64,000 nucleotides of DNA from Malacoraja senta (lineage: Eukaryota): NCBI GenBank assembly GCA_038087875.1, contig CM075996.1, positions 10,604,001 through 10,668,000 on the forward strand, in the 5' to 3' direction. The first letter of the stretch is position 1. Each line of letters starts with the position of its first letter. Shown in pieces: positions 50,900 to 64,000 of this stretch. Below the pieces are notes generated by a model. It was given only the letters and a program-made list of their open reading frames with translations. It did not search any database and was not told where the DNA came from. The translations under genes were made by a program, and so were the position numbers.

Positions 50900-51520
50900 G
50901 ATTGGAAGGAAACGTTACAGCAGCTGAGTAAAAGATTAGTCAAATGGTAGGTTCAATGAAGATCGGGCGAGGGGGATTGGGGGTGGGGGAAAAGTATCTA
51001 TAGTTTGGGACTTGCCTAAATGAGTACTGAGATGGATTATCATTCCATACCAAATTTCTTAGACAATAACACATTTTATGCAATTATCACTACTTTTTGT
51101 TGGTTATGGATCAACCTTCGTAATGCTTGTACATGCTCGTAAATTAGTAAAACAAATGTTCTTTAAGTACTGTTGTTTCTGGGATGGGATTTCTGATAAC
51201 AAATAACCTACATTCTATATTTTGTCATAATGTGGCTGATACAATGGCATATTTTGTGATATTTATTGAGATAGAAAGATACAACTCAGTCTGGGCAAGA
51301 TATTACCTTGCAACATCTGATAGATATTGTGAAATGGAACTCAGAAATTATGGGAGGATTACATAAAACTACAATTTAAAGGTAATGAGGGGGTGGAGAA
51401 ACGCCACCAAACGGCGGCGGGGCTGGCGAGGGGCTGGCGAGGGAGGCCTTTGCAGGCCCCCAGGCTGGCTCGGAACCGGGAGGGCAGGCAGGATGCGAAA
51501 GGGTGCGCGCAGTTGCGGGT

Positions 51521-51708
51521 ATCGCTTCTCGGCCTTTTGGCTAAGATCAAGTGTAGTATCTGTTCTTATCAGTTTAATATCTGATACGTCCCTTATCTAG
51601 GGACCATATATTAAATTGATTTTTGGAACAGGGAGATGGAATAGGGGCTTGCTCCGTCCACTCCACGCATCGACCCAGTATTGCAGTGCCTCTGGGAACG
51701 GTGCACTT
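51521..51708 (+). ncRNA. RNU2: U2 spliceosomal snRNA
   Basis: ATCGCTTCTCGGCCTTTTGGCTAAGATCAAGTGTAGTATCTG; branch-site recognition GTAGTA; Sm site GATTTTTGG; stems IIb and IV pair; ends GGAACGGTGCAC; 3'-box-like ttttcaaagtaaa follows. Confidence 0.97.
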
Positions 51709-52124
51709 CCCTTTTGGGAGATTTTCAAAGTAAAAAAAAAAGAGAAGAGACAAAAATTCTTCCTCGCGCTTGCTTTAAAGCTGCGTGTCTGCCTGCTGCC
51801 CTCTCTCACTCTGCGTCTGCGTGCGTGTCTGTGTTGACGGACTGCTCAAGTCAAATGCTCTGCCTTCCTTTATTTCACCAGCGGATACTTTCAAGGGAAA
51901 AGAGGACGCATTTCAACCCAAACTTCCGGGAAGGACAAAAAATATTTTCAGCAAAGTCTTCAAAGTCACAATTGCCGGCTCTGCCAATCAAGTCGCCACA
52001 ATCGGGGTGACGTCGGTCTTAAGAGAAGAGACTGAGCTGCACGTCAACCACAGCGAGTACCACACCGCTAAGGTCGGACTCACTGACTCTCTGACGGGGG
52101 CAGGGCTGAATTTTTCTTCTGGAA

Positions 52125-53815
52125 TAATCTTCTGGAATTTTTTGAGGAAGTGGAATGGATAAGGGAGAGCCAGTGGATGTGGTGTATCTGGACTTTCAAA
52201 AAGCCTTTGACAAGGTCCCACGCAAGACGTGGTATTGGAGGTAGGGTATTGACATGGATAAAGAACTGGTTGGCGGACAGGAAGCAATGAGTAGGAATTA
52301 ACAGGTCCTCTTCTAAATGGCAGGCAGTGACTTGTGGGGCGCCACAAGGCTCAGTGTTGGCACCCCAATTATTTGTAATATATATTAACAATTTAGACGA
52401 GGGAATTAAATGCAATCTCCAAGTTTGCGGATGACCCACAGCTGGGTGGCTGTGTGAGCAGCGAGGAGGATGCTATGAGGCTGCAGGGTGATTTGGCATA
52501 GGATGGGTGAATGGGCAGATGCAATATAATGTGGATAAATGTGAGGTTATCCACTTTGGTGGCAAGAACAGGATGGCAGATTATTAACTGAATGGTGTCA
52601 AGTTTAGGAGAAGGGGAGATGGAACGAGACCTGCGTGTGCTTGTCCATGAGTCGCTGAAAGTAAGCATGCAGATACAGCAGGCAGTGAAGAAAGCTTCAT
52701 TGCGAGAGGATCTGAGTTTAGGAGCAAGGGGGTCCTACTGCAGTTGTATAGGACCCTGGTGAGACCGCACCTGGAGTATTGTGTGCAATTCTGGTCTCCT
52801 AATTTGAGGAAGGACATTATTGCTATTGAGGGAGTGCAGCGTAGGTTCACCAGGTTCATTCCCGGGATGGCGGGACTGTTATATATGATGAAAGAATGGG
52901 TCGACTGGGCTTGAATTCGCTGGAATTTAGAAGGATGAGAGGGATTCTTCTAGAAACATATAAAATTCTTAAAGGATCGGACAGGCTAGATGCAGCAAAA
53001 GTATTCCGTGTGTTGGGGGCGTCCAGAAAAAGGGGTCACAGTATAAGAATAAGTGGTTGGCCTGTTAGGACTGAGATGAGGAAAAACTTTTTCACCCAGA
53101 GAGTTGTGAATCAGTGGAATTCTCTGCCATAGCAGGCAGTGGAGGCCAATTCACTGGATATTTTCAAGAGAGTTCGATTTAGCTCTTTGGGCTAAGGGAA
53201 TCAAGGGATATGGGGAAAAAGTCGGAACCGGGTACTGATTATGGAATATCAGCCACGATCATATTGAATGGCGGTGCGTTTTGGTCTCCAAATCTGAGGA
53301 AAGACATTCTTGCCATAGAGGGAGTACAGAGAAGGTTCACCAGACTGATTCCTGGGATGTCAGGACTTTCATATGAAGAAAGACTGGATAGACTCGACTT
53401 GTACTCGCTAGAATTTAGAAGATTGAGGGGGGATCTTATAGAAACTTACAAAATTCTTAAGGGGTTGGACAGGCTAGATGCAGGAAGATTGTTCCCGATG
53501 TTGGGGAAGTCCAGGACAAGGGGTCACAGTTTAAGGATAAAGGGGAAATCCTTTAGGACCGAGATGAGAAAAACATTTTTCACTCAGAGTGGTGAATCTC
53601 TGGAACTCTCTGCCACAGAAGGGAGTTGAGGCCAGTTCATTGGCTATATTTAAGAGGAAGTTAGATGTGGCCCTTGTGGCTAAAGGGATCAGGGGGTATG
53701 GAGAGAAGGCAGGTACAGGATACTGAGTTGGATGATCAGCCATGATCATATTGAATGGCGGTGCTGGCACGAAGGGCCGAATGGCCTACCCCTGCACCTA
53801 TTTTCTATGTTTCCT
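52125..53815 (+). mobile_element. Two tandem CR1 3' fragments (junction ~53278)
   Basis: CR1 RT motifs restart at FWSPNLRKDIL after the first 3' UTR. Confidence 0.9.
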
Positions 53816-54639
53816 GCATTTATGTTTCGGGGGCAGCGAGAGAAAACCGTCCTTTGAGTCGCAAGGAATTCTGAAAGCCACGGTGGGGGTGTTGTGTTTG
53901 CCAGAATTTGCAGCTGAAGGAGATGAGACGGAGCCGTTCACACCTTTTGTTTGTTTGCTTTATTTCCTCTGTGTAATTACATGGCTCAGTGGCTGTGCTT
54001 CCCTTGGAGAGGCTGCCTTGCCTGTATTTGTGGACGCAGGCAGGCAGGCCTCACCTCACAGGGTTCACTCTTTTTTGAAACCCTTCAATTTGTGCTCGCC
54101 CCTTGCGATCAGGACCCACCCCAACCTAACGGTGGTGTGAGCATTGGATTCTCCAATTTGAGGTGAAAAGGCAACAGCCCGCCCTCGTCTCACTCTCCCT
54201 CACACCGTGTTAATATGGTGATAATAGTGACATTTAACAAGCGCTTAACAATGACCGTTAACAGATCGTTTTCTTCTCAGAGGAATGTTTGACGGCACTG
54301 GGCCTGTACTCTCTGGAGTTTAGAAGGACGAGGGGTAGATCTCATTGCAACTTAGCGAATAGTGAAAGGTTTGGATAGAGTGGATGTGGAGAGGACGTAT
54401 CCACTAGTGGGAGAGCCTAGGACGAGAGGCCATAACCTCCGAATTAAAGGACGTTCATTCAGGAAGGAGATGAGGAGGAATTTCTTTAGACAGAGGACGG
54501 TGAAACTGGAATTCTTTGCCGCAGAAGTCGATTAATATTTTTAAGGCAGGTATAGATAGATTGATTCTCGATTAGTACGGGATAGATCAGCCATGATGGA
54601 ATGGCTGAGTCTTTGACAGTTTCTGTACATGGACCTTAC

Positions 54640-55138
54640 AGTGGGCAGGTGGGCCGCGCTTTTGACAAAGGGCGGAACGGGGCCCGAGGGGCCGAGTGGC
54701 CTGCTCCCACGCTTACGCGCAAGGTGGCCCCTAACCCTCCGCCGCTCGAGAAACAGGGCCGCAAGAAACGTCGTCGCTCGCTCGCAGCCGAGTGGGCTCG
54801 GCGTGACAGAGAAGTGGTCGGTGCAGCCCGCCTTCCTTCCTCTCTCCCTCCCTCCCTTCCTGCTGCGGCAGCCAGCCTTGCGCCTGTGCCCGTGACGTCA
54901 CCACAGGCAAGCACCATCCCTCCCGTTTGATTGGAGGGATTGCAAGAGTTTTACATATTCAGGGCAAAGTTTGAGGAAAATGGGGGGGGGGGGGAAGGCA
55001 GAGCGTGCGGGTCGGGGGGAGAAGCGGCACCAAACAGCGGCGGAGCTGGCGAGGGGCCGGCGAGGGAGGCCTTTCCCCAGGCTGGCTCGGAAGCGGGAGG
55101 GCAGGCAGGATGCGAAAGGGTGCGCGCAGTTGCAGGTA
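54640..55138 (+). promoter_or_regulatory. CpG-rich paralog of the U2 upstream flank with no U2 coding sequence
   Basis: 55017-55138 aligns with 51395-51521. Confidence 0.75.
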
Positions 55139-55434
55139 CGTACAAGTTTGTAGGTGAATTGGCTTCAGTAAAGATTGTAAATTGTCCCTAGTGTACAGGG
55201 ATCGCTAGTCAGCGCGGACTCAGTGGGCCAGAGGTCCAGTTTCTACGCAGTATCAACAAACTAAACTAAACTCCCCTTTTTTATCCTCTCTTCAGTGCTA
55301 GATGCCCTCCTTTACCTTGTCTGTCTGCACATAATCCGTTTCCCCTCCATTCCCTGCACATCCTCATGTCTATCCAAATGTCTCCTAAATGCCACTATCG
55401 TACATGCCTAACCATCAACCCCTGGCAGCATTTT

Positions 55435-55931
55435 CATAGAAACATAGAAAATAGGTGCAGGAGTAGGACATTTGGCCGTGCGAGCCAGCACTCATCAATA
55501 TGATCATGGCTGATCATCCAGAATCAGTATCCTGTTCCTGCTTCCCCCCCCCCCCCCCCCCACATCCCTTGATTATGTTAGCCCCAAGATCTATATCTAA
55601 CTCTCTCTTGAATAAATCTAGTGACTTGGCCTCCACTGTCTTCCGTAGCAGAGAATTCCACAGATTCACAACTCTCTGGCTGAAAAAGTTTCTCCCCATC
55701 CCAGTCCTAAATGCCCTACCCCTTATTCTTAAACCGACCCCTAGTTCTGGACTCTCCCAACATCAGGAACAATTTTCCTGCATCTAGCCTGTCCAATCCC
55801 TTAAGAATGTAATATGTTGCTATAAGATCCCCTCTCGTCATTCTAAATTCCAGTGAATACAAGCCTAGTCGATCCATTCTTTCATCATATGTCAGTCCTG
55901 CTATCCCGGGGAATAACGTGGTGAACCTACA
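55435..55931 (-). mobile_element. CR1 3' fragment cut by the gap
   Basis: Reverse CR1 tail; FFSQRVVNLWNSL. Confidence 0.9.
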
Positions 55932-56131
55932 NNNNNNNNNNNNNNNNNNNNNNNNNNNNNNNNNNNNNNNNNNNNNNNNNNNNNNNNNNNNNNNNNNNNN
56001 NNNNNNNNNNNNNNNNNNNNNNNNNNNNNNNNNNNNNNNNNNNNNNNNNNNNNNNNNNNNNNNNNNNNNNNNNNNNNNNNNNNNNNNNNNNNNNNNNNNN
56101 NNNNNNNNNNNNNNNNNNNNNNNNNNNNNNN
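55932..56131. other. Assembly gap (200 N)
   Basis: Run of exactly 200 n. Confidence 1.
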
Positions 56132-59100
56132 GCTTTCCCTCTCCATCCCTTCCCCTTCCCAGTTCTCCCACCAGTCTTACTGTCTCCAGCAACATTCTAT
56201 CTTTGTCACACCCCCACCCCTGACATCAGTCTGAAGGGTCTCGACCCGAAACGTTACCTATTACCTCTCTCCAGAGATGCTGCCTGACCCGCTGAGTTAC
56301 TCCAGCATTCTGTATCTCCCTTCGATTTAAACCAGCATCTGCAGTTCTTTCCTACACAATAATCAATGAATTATCAAGTGCTAAAATTATCTACTGAGAT
56401 TTAACTTTGAGTGCAGACAAATAAACTTTGGAGAATCACAATGGGGACATATTGTAGCTGCCAAGACACCTCTGATTATTCAAACTCCTTTGCTGGGACA
56501 GTGATTCAAAGGCAGGTCTAAAAGCTTCCCAGTCTGAAGAAGGGCCTCGACCCTGAAACGTCACCCTTTCCTTCTCTCCAGAGATGCTGCCTGTCCCGCT
56601 AAGTTACTCCAGCTTTCTGTGTCTATCCTTGGTTTAAACTAGCATCTGCAGTCCCTTCTTACACACATTACTGTTGCGAGGGCTGACTCCGAGTACACAA
56701 ATACCCCAATTATTGACAGGCATACAAATATCCCCATTGGCCGTGTGTGTAGGAAGGAACTGCAGATGCTGGTTTATACCGATGATACCCTCGGGGTTCT
56801 GACCCGAGACGTCACCTATTCCTTTCCTCCAGCGATGCTGCCTGACCTCCTGGGTTACTCCAGCATGTTGTTTCTATCCCCATGACCATTCTTGATGTGC
56901 CAAGTAACAAATCAGTCTGGTCTGGATATTCCTTCATCTCTATTACAGCAGTGTGAAATATCTTCAGCTGAAGATTTCGGGTTTGCTGCAGGTCAATAAA
57001 CACCCAATTGTCTCAGTAGACACCCTGGTTGTTTGGAAAGCTGTCCTTTAAATTCCAAAATGATTATAGTTTCCAATGTACATGAGAACAAAAATTCTGA
57101 ATTTGGTTCTTGTTTGGAATTAATGGCTGCTGCTCCAACATAAACTTACAACCTGAGATGCAATAAAATAGGTTTCGAGGATTGAGATTAATGAATAAGG
57201 AAATAACATTCTGGGCTACAAACAACTATCTTTACTACAGCAAAATAAGTAAAGTACTGATAAAGGCACAAACCTCACGCTTCTGTACATCATTGTCTGC
57301 TGTCCGCGACGGCTGGTCTGGAGAACTCGAGGGTCCCGGCACAGCGCACACGGTTCTCAGTGAAGTCTCTCTCGCTCTCTCCCGCTTTCTCTCTTCCCCA
57401 AGTCGAAGTTCCTGTCAGCTCATTCGAAGCAAACACGTATAGGTTGTGACCAATTGTAAAATAAAGCAGTGGTCACGTATGAAGATTGGGGTAAAATGAT
57501 GAAAGATTTTAAACTCCTGGGATGTGGCCACTGATATTTGTCCAAAGCCCATCGGCCTCACGTTGCTGCGGGGACTGTTTGAGAGCGGCTGCATTCTGTG
57601 CAGCATCAAGCCCACACTCAGAGCGTGTCTGTGTCTGCACTTCCATCACTGGCTTCAACCTCACTCCTTAAACAGTGATAGGAGTCACAACTCCGTCCCT
57701 CTGAACCAAGCGTGAGGGACGGGTCTTGCTGACCAAACACTTGTCCAGAGGCACTGGTGCAACATTACAGCTGAGGCAGCAGCAGCCTCGCAGACACTGT
57801 GTGTGAGATGCAGCTGCTGCCCCGTCCGCCCCTCCCTGGCCCACAGTGTGCGCGCGCGAAGAGTGCAGCTGCCTCTCCACCCAACCGTCGAGCTGCTCTT
57901 CCGGCACGTGACGGGGGCCAGTCCGGCTTCAACCTTTAACCGGCGCCTATTCCCACGAGGCAAGACGTCACTTCTCGCGATGTTTGGGCGGCGCGGGAGC
58001 GGGAGCAAACATTATAGAGCGGGAGCGGGTCGTCGACGGACGTTTCGTTTCCCGCCGACCCGGGGTGACCAGAATTACCCCCTCACCCCCCCCCCACACA
58101 CACATATATACCCCCTCACACCGCTCCCCCCTCATACCCCTCCCCCCCCCACACTCCTCACACACCTCCCCCCTCACACATCTCACCCTCACACACCTCC
58201 CCCTTCACACCACGCCCCTCCCCCTCACCCCTCCCCCTCCCCCCCTCCCCCCCACACCCCTCCCCCTCCCCCCCTCCCCCCCACACCCCTCCCCCCCTCC
58301 CCCCCACACCCCTCCCCCCCCATCGCTCTCCCCTTCCCATCACTCACCCCTCCTCCTCCTCTCCCCTCTAGTACTCAGTAGTGTGACCAGAACTCTGCTT
58401 CCTACCCCGCCACGTGGTTCCTGTAACGGGGTGACCAGAACTGCTCTTCCCCCCTCACCACTCCCCCCCCCTTCAAGACAAGACAAGACAAGAGACATTT
58501 ATTGTCTCATGCACCAATTGGTAAAGTGAAATTTGGGGTCACCATACAGCCATACGAATACAAAAAGAACAGAACACGACAGTCTTTAACATAAACATCC
58601 CCCACACAGTGGAATCAAAGTTTCCCACTGTGAGGGAAGGCCCAAAGTTCAGTCATCCTCTTCTTTGATGTTCTTTGTTGTTCACCCGTGGTCGGGGGCC
58701 TCCCGAAGCCCCTCGGAGTCACCACTACGGGCGGCCCGATGTTCAGGCCCTCTCGCCGGGATGATAGAACTCCGACGTCGGAACGGTGGAACATCCTCAG
58801 CGGCTTGGACATCCGAATCGGCCACTTCCTGCCGGAGTCCGCGGCTCCCGAAGTCCACAGGCCGAGCTGGGCGGAGATTCTGCAAACCACAGCTCCGCGA
58901 TATTGAAGCAGCAGGCCCAACACTCCGGAGCTTCAAATGGCGATCCAGGTAAGGCATCGCCTGCTCCACGGTGAATCCAGTACTGCGCCGCTACTAAAGC
59001 TTTGGCCGGTCCCCGGCAGGAAAGACTGTGCCAATCCAGTTGGTAGGCCGCGAGGGGGGGGCGAGGCGAGGACGCGACACGGAGAATAGTCGCATCCTCG

Positions 59101-62100
59101 CCAGGAAGTGACTGGGAAACGGTTTCCCCCTTACCCTCCACCTCCCCCACATAGAAATACTAAAGAAACCTCCAAAACACAAAGGGTGGTGGGTGTATGG
59201 AAAAAGCTGCCAGAGGGGTTGGCTGAGACAGGGACTATCCCAACATTTAAGGTACAGTTAAACAGGTACATGGATAGGAAAAGTTTGGAGGGATATGGAC
59301 CAAACGCAACGGTGTGGACAGCATCTCAGACAAATAGCTATTTCACAGTTTTGGATTTGCCAGATTTCCAGAATCTGCTATTTTTTTGTTTTACTCCACC
59401 CTGATTTGCAATCAATTAATGATGGCTCGCAGAATGATCCTGACCTGAAACGTTACCCATCATTTTTCTCCAGAGATGCTTCCTGACCTGAGTTACTGCA
59501 GCACTTTGTATCTTTGGTATAAACCAGCATCTGCAGTTCCTTGTTTCTACTAATGATGGTTAATTTTTTTATTCTCTTCAAGTTGTCTGATTTGATTTAT
59601 TTCAACTTCCTTCCTGAGTCACCCTCTGTTTAAGTGCAGGGAAGAGAGTGCAAACGTGGTGGAAGTGAATCAGTTGTGTCTTTACTGTCCCTCTGAATGT
59701 ATGTTTTGGACGGTGGCTGGTGGTGCGCAAGAGGTTGTGGGTGTCCGTTTGTTTGTGGTCACCATTTTAGTTTAGAGATACAGATTAGAAACAGCCCTTT
59801 CGGCCCACAGAGTCCACGCTGACCATCTATCACCCTTTCACACTAGTCCTGTATTATCCCACTTTCTCATCCACTCCCTGCACACTAGAGGCAATTTACA
59901 GAGGTCAATTAACATGTAAACCTGCACGCGTTTGGAATGTGGGAGAAAACCCACGCGGTCACAGGGAGAACGTGCAAACTCCACACACAGCATTGGAGGT
60001 CAGGATTAAACCGAGTCTCTGGCGCTGTGGGGCAGCAGCTCGAGCAGCTACACCACTGTGCCCACCATTCTCTAATGCCAATTCAATCCAGTGGTGTCCA
60101 CGACTGGGCAACAACAATCTTCCAGTTTTGATTTGTCTACAGCTTCATCGGGGAAAGAGGTCTGGCAGGTTTAGGGAAAGTCCAGAAAGTCAATGTTTTG
60201 TTTGTTTGTGGTGGTTTTAATCTTGGTGTTTTGTATGAAATGAATTCCTCTGACTGTTTCTGAATGTGTCATTCCCAAATGTCATCCAGTTCTCTGTGAA
60301 AAGACATTGATCGCCTGGGCCACTTCTAGACCAAAGTCTAGTCTTTCAGGGTCAGCATTTTTCTCCGAGATATGTTTAACTGTTGTATGTTCCTGTCTGT
60401 TCTGTTTGTGGACGGGCCTTCGATGTCCATGTAAGTGTACGACATTAGGTGGCACAGTCAGGGAGTGTGACGTGGTCTGAAGTAGAGGGTGCTGCTGTGG
60501 CAGTGGATTAAGTCGATGTATTCTGCTACCCGATAGGATTCACTACCACAGTCAGACACAATGGGCCTTCCTGGACGTATTTCCCCAGGTTCTGTCCACC
60601 TGTCCGGGTGTTTGTGTATTTTGGGGAGAATGTAGAATTTTCTTGTCAGTGGTTCAAAGGTTTTTAAAGGTCTTTTATTGTCACGTTTACCACATTAAGG
60701 TACAGTGATATGTGAATTATTCTCGGGTATTCTAATGGTTTCTGACGATGTGGAGTTTGTACGTTCTCTCTGACCTGTGAGGTTCCGGTTTCCTCCCACT
60801 CTCTAAAGACGTACAGGTTTTGAGGCTAATTGGCTTGGTATAAATGTTAATTGGCCCTTGTGTGTGTAGAATAGTGTTAGTTATGCGGGGATCGCAGGTT
60901 GGCGCTGGCCTTTTTCGCACTGTACAATGAACTGGATTTGATAAGGAAATTCGAGGTAAAGGAGCCATAATATATTAAGTTTTAATCTACAATTTGAGAG
61001 GGAGAAGGAAAATCGGAAGTGTCAGTATTACAATTGAACAAAGGGGACTATGGAGCCATGAGGGAGGAGTTGGCCAAAGTTGACTGGAAAGATACCCCAG
61101 CAGTGGAACAACAATGACAGGTATTTCTGGGAATAATACAGAAGGTGCAGGATCAGTTATTTCAAAGAGGAAGAAAGATTCCAAGGGGAGTAAGGGCGCG
61201 ACCGTGGCTGACAAGGGAAGTCAGGGACAGTATAAAAATAAAAAAGAAGTATAACATAGCAGAGATGAGTGGGAAGTCAGGATTGGGAAACTTTTAAAGA
61301 GCAACAGAAGATAACTAAAAAGGCAATACGGGGAGAAAAGATGAGGTACGAAGGTAAGCTCACCAAGAATATAAAGGAGGATAGTAAAAGCTTCTTTAGG
61401 TATGTGAAGAGGAAAACATTATTTCAGACCAAAGTTCGACCCTTGAGGGGCTAAAACAGGTGAATTTATTATGGGGTACAAGGAAATGGCAGACGAGTTG
61501 AACAGGTACTTTGGATCTGTCTTCACTAAGGAGAGACACAAACAATCTCCTGGTGTAACTAGTGGCCAGAGGATCTAGGGTAACGGAGGAACTGAAGGAA
61601 ATTCACATCAGGCAGGAAATGGTGTTGAATAGACTGATGGGACTGAAGACTAATAAATCTCCAGGGCATGATGGTCTGCATCTCAGGGTACTTAAGGAAG
61701 TGGCTCTGGAAATCGTGGACGCATTGGTGACCATTTTCCAATGTTCAAAATATTCAGGATCAGTTCCTGTAGATTGGAGGGTAGCTAATGTTATCCCACT
61801 TTTAAGAAAGGCGGGAGAGAGAAAACAGGGAATTATAGACCAGTTAGCCTGACATCGGTGGTGGGGAAGATGCTGGAGTCAATTATTATAGATGAAATAA
61901 CGGCACATTTGGATAGCAGTAAAACAGGATTGGTCCGAGTCAGCATAGATTTACGAAGGGGAAATCATGCTTAACTAATCTTCTGGAATTTTTTGAGGAT
62001 GTAACTAGGAAAATGGACAAGGGAGAGCCAGTGGATGTAGTGTACCTGGACTTTCAGAAAGCATTTGATAAGGTCCAACATAAGAGAATAGTGGGCAAAA

Positions 62101-64000
62101 TTAGAGCACATGGTATTGGGGGTAGGGTACTGACATGGATAGAAAATTGGTTGGCAGACAGGAAACAAAGACGGGATAAACGGTTCCCTTTCAGAATGGC
62201 AGGCAGTGACTAGTGAGGTACCGCAAGGCTCGGTGCTGGGGCCGCAGCTATTTACAATATAGATTAATGATTTAGATGAAGGGATTAAAAATAGCATTAG
62301 CAAATTTGCAGATGACACAAAGCTGGGTGGCCATGATCGTATTGAATGGCGGCTCGAAGGGCCGAATGGCCTACTCCTGCACCTATTGTCTATTATCTAT
62401 CTCTAAACTAAACATATAAATGCGTCATGATTTTTTGAGGCATTGTAAAATGGCTTCAATTTCCATTAGTGTTTCCTCATGGATGGGCTTTGTCAACAGT
62501 GTAGTGCTCTGTTTTACCTCATAGTCTGTGTGCCTCGAATAAGTATTGTTGTTTGTCCATGACAACTCTGTTCTTCCCCTTATCTGCTGTTTTGATGATA
62601 ATTTCCCTGTTGTCTTTCACCTCTCTTAGGATTTGGGTATTGTAAGCCAAGTTTACAGCTGAGGAAGAGAGCCAGCATCTGGCTGATGGAGGGAAAAGAC
62701 AAGGCCAGGTGAGCAAAGTTTTGTGAAAGTTGTCTTTTAATAGGAACCGCGCACTGGCGCAGCGGTAGTTGCTACCTCACAGAGCCAGAGACCCGGGTTC
62801 GATCCTGACGACAGGTGCTTGTCTGCACTGAGTTTGTACGTTCTCCCCATGACCTGCGTGGGTTTTCTCTGAGAACTCCGGTTTCTTCCCACACTCCAAA
62901 GACGTACAGGTTTGTAGGTTAATTGGCTTAGTATAAAAGTAAATTGTCCCTAGTGCGTTTAGGAAACATAGAAACACGGTGGCACTGTGGCGCAACGGTA
63001 AAGCTGCTGCCTTACAGCGCTTGCAACGCCGGAGATCCGGGTTCAATCCTGACTACGGGTGCTTATCTGTACGGAGTTTGTACATTCTCCCCGTAACCGT
63101 TTTTTTCCAAGACCTTCTGTTTCCTCACACACTCCAAAGACCGACAGGTATGTAGGTTAATTCGCTTGGTGTATATGTAAATTGTCCCTAGTGTGTGTAA
63201 GATAGCGTTAATGTGCGGGGTGATCGCTGATCGGTGCTGACTCTGTGGGCCTGTTTCCGCCCTGTATCTCTAAACATAGAAAATAGGTGCAGGAGTAGGC
63301 CATTTGGCCTTCGAGCCAGCATTGTCATTCAATATGATCAATGCTGATCATCCAAAATCAGTACCCATTCCTGCTTTCTCCCCTTGATTCCGTTATCCCT
63401 AAGAGCTCTATCTAACTCTTGAATACATCCAGCGAATTGGCCTCCACTGCCTTCTGTGACGGGGAATTCCACAGATTCACAACTCTGGGTGAAAAAGTTT
63501 TTCCCCATCTCAGTCTTAAATGGCCCACCCCTTATTCATAAACTGTGCCCCCTGGATCTGGACTCCCGCAACATCGGGAACATTTTTCCTTCATCCAGCC
63601 TGCCCAATCCCTTAAGAATTTATATGTTTCTATAAGATACCCTCTCATCCTTCTAAATTCCAGTGAATATGTCAGGATAGCGTTGGTGTGGGGCAATCGC
63701 TTGTCGGCGCAGATTCGGTAGGCCGAACGGCCTGTTTCCGTGCTGTATCTCTAAACTAAACTAAACAGGATGGCTAGTGGTCAGTTTACAAGTTGCTCTG
63801 AGAAGCCTCCTGCCTTACACAGCCACAATCATTCATTGTATTTTGATACAAAGTTTGGATTGCATTTAGCTGTAAACTGGAAGTGTTGGACTTTCAAAAT
63901 GTTGATAGAATAAAGTCTTTAGAAAGAGAGAGAAAATAATCCAGTCACAAAGTACTCTAAAAGCAACAATGGTGTGCTTGCCAGCTTTAGTAGCTGAAGG
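56132..64000 (-). repeat. Right arm of the inverted duplication (runs off the window)
   Basis: 56132 pairs with 45203 and 64000 with 37638; carries ~350 bp at ~58140-58505 that is absent from the left arm. Confidence 0.96.

Noticed and set aside
51040..51366. AT-rich stretch with a 60-aa ORF upstream of U2 as a pseudogene or NUMT
   Set aside because: No recognisable protein or mitochondrial motif.
1..64000. CRISPR arrays or prokaryotic operons
   Set aside because: Vertebrate repeat-rich DNA; no regularly spaced repeat-spacer structure.

Overview
Repeat-dense vertebrate genomic DNA. The CR1 LINEs, HE1-like tRNA SINEs and Penelope elements suggest a cartilaginous fish, probably a skate or ray (inference). 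Main contents: (1) 5' exons of a SUN2-like gene on the minus strand, with two apparent +1 frameshifts. (2) A decayed full-length class I (epsilon-like) endogenous retrovirus at 23482-35872, with both LTRs, a 5-bp TSD, a tRNA-Lys PBS and gag-pro-pol-env. It is interrupted by two inverted copies of a ~1.04-kb TIR transposon, an L2-like tail and a CR1. Removing the second transposon copy restores an in-frame domain between protease and RT with two HxT/S motifs, i.e. a candidate 2H phosphoesterase. (3) A near-intact 5'-truncated Penelope-like element and many short Penelope-derived repeats carrying minimal hammerhead-ribozyme cores. (4) An intact U2 snRNA gene and an orphan copy of its upstream flank. 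(5) A >=7.5-kb inverted duplication (37638-45203 vs 56132-64000) whose right arm starts exactly at a 200-N scaffold gap. All assignments come from manual reading and remembered motifs; no searches were run.
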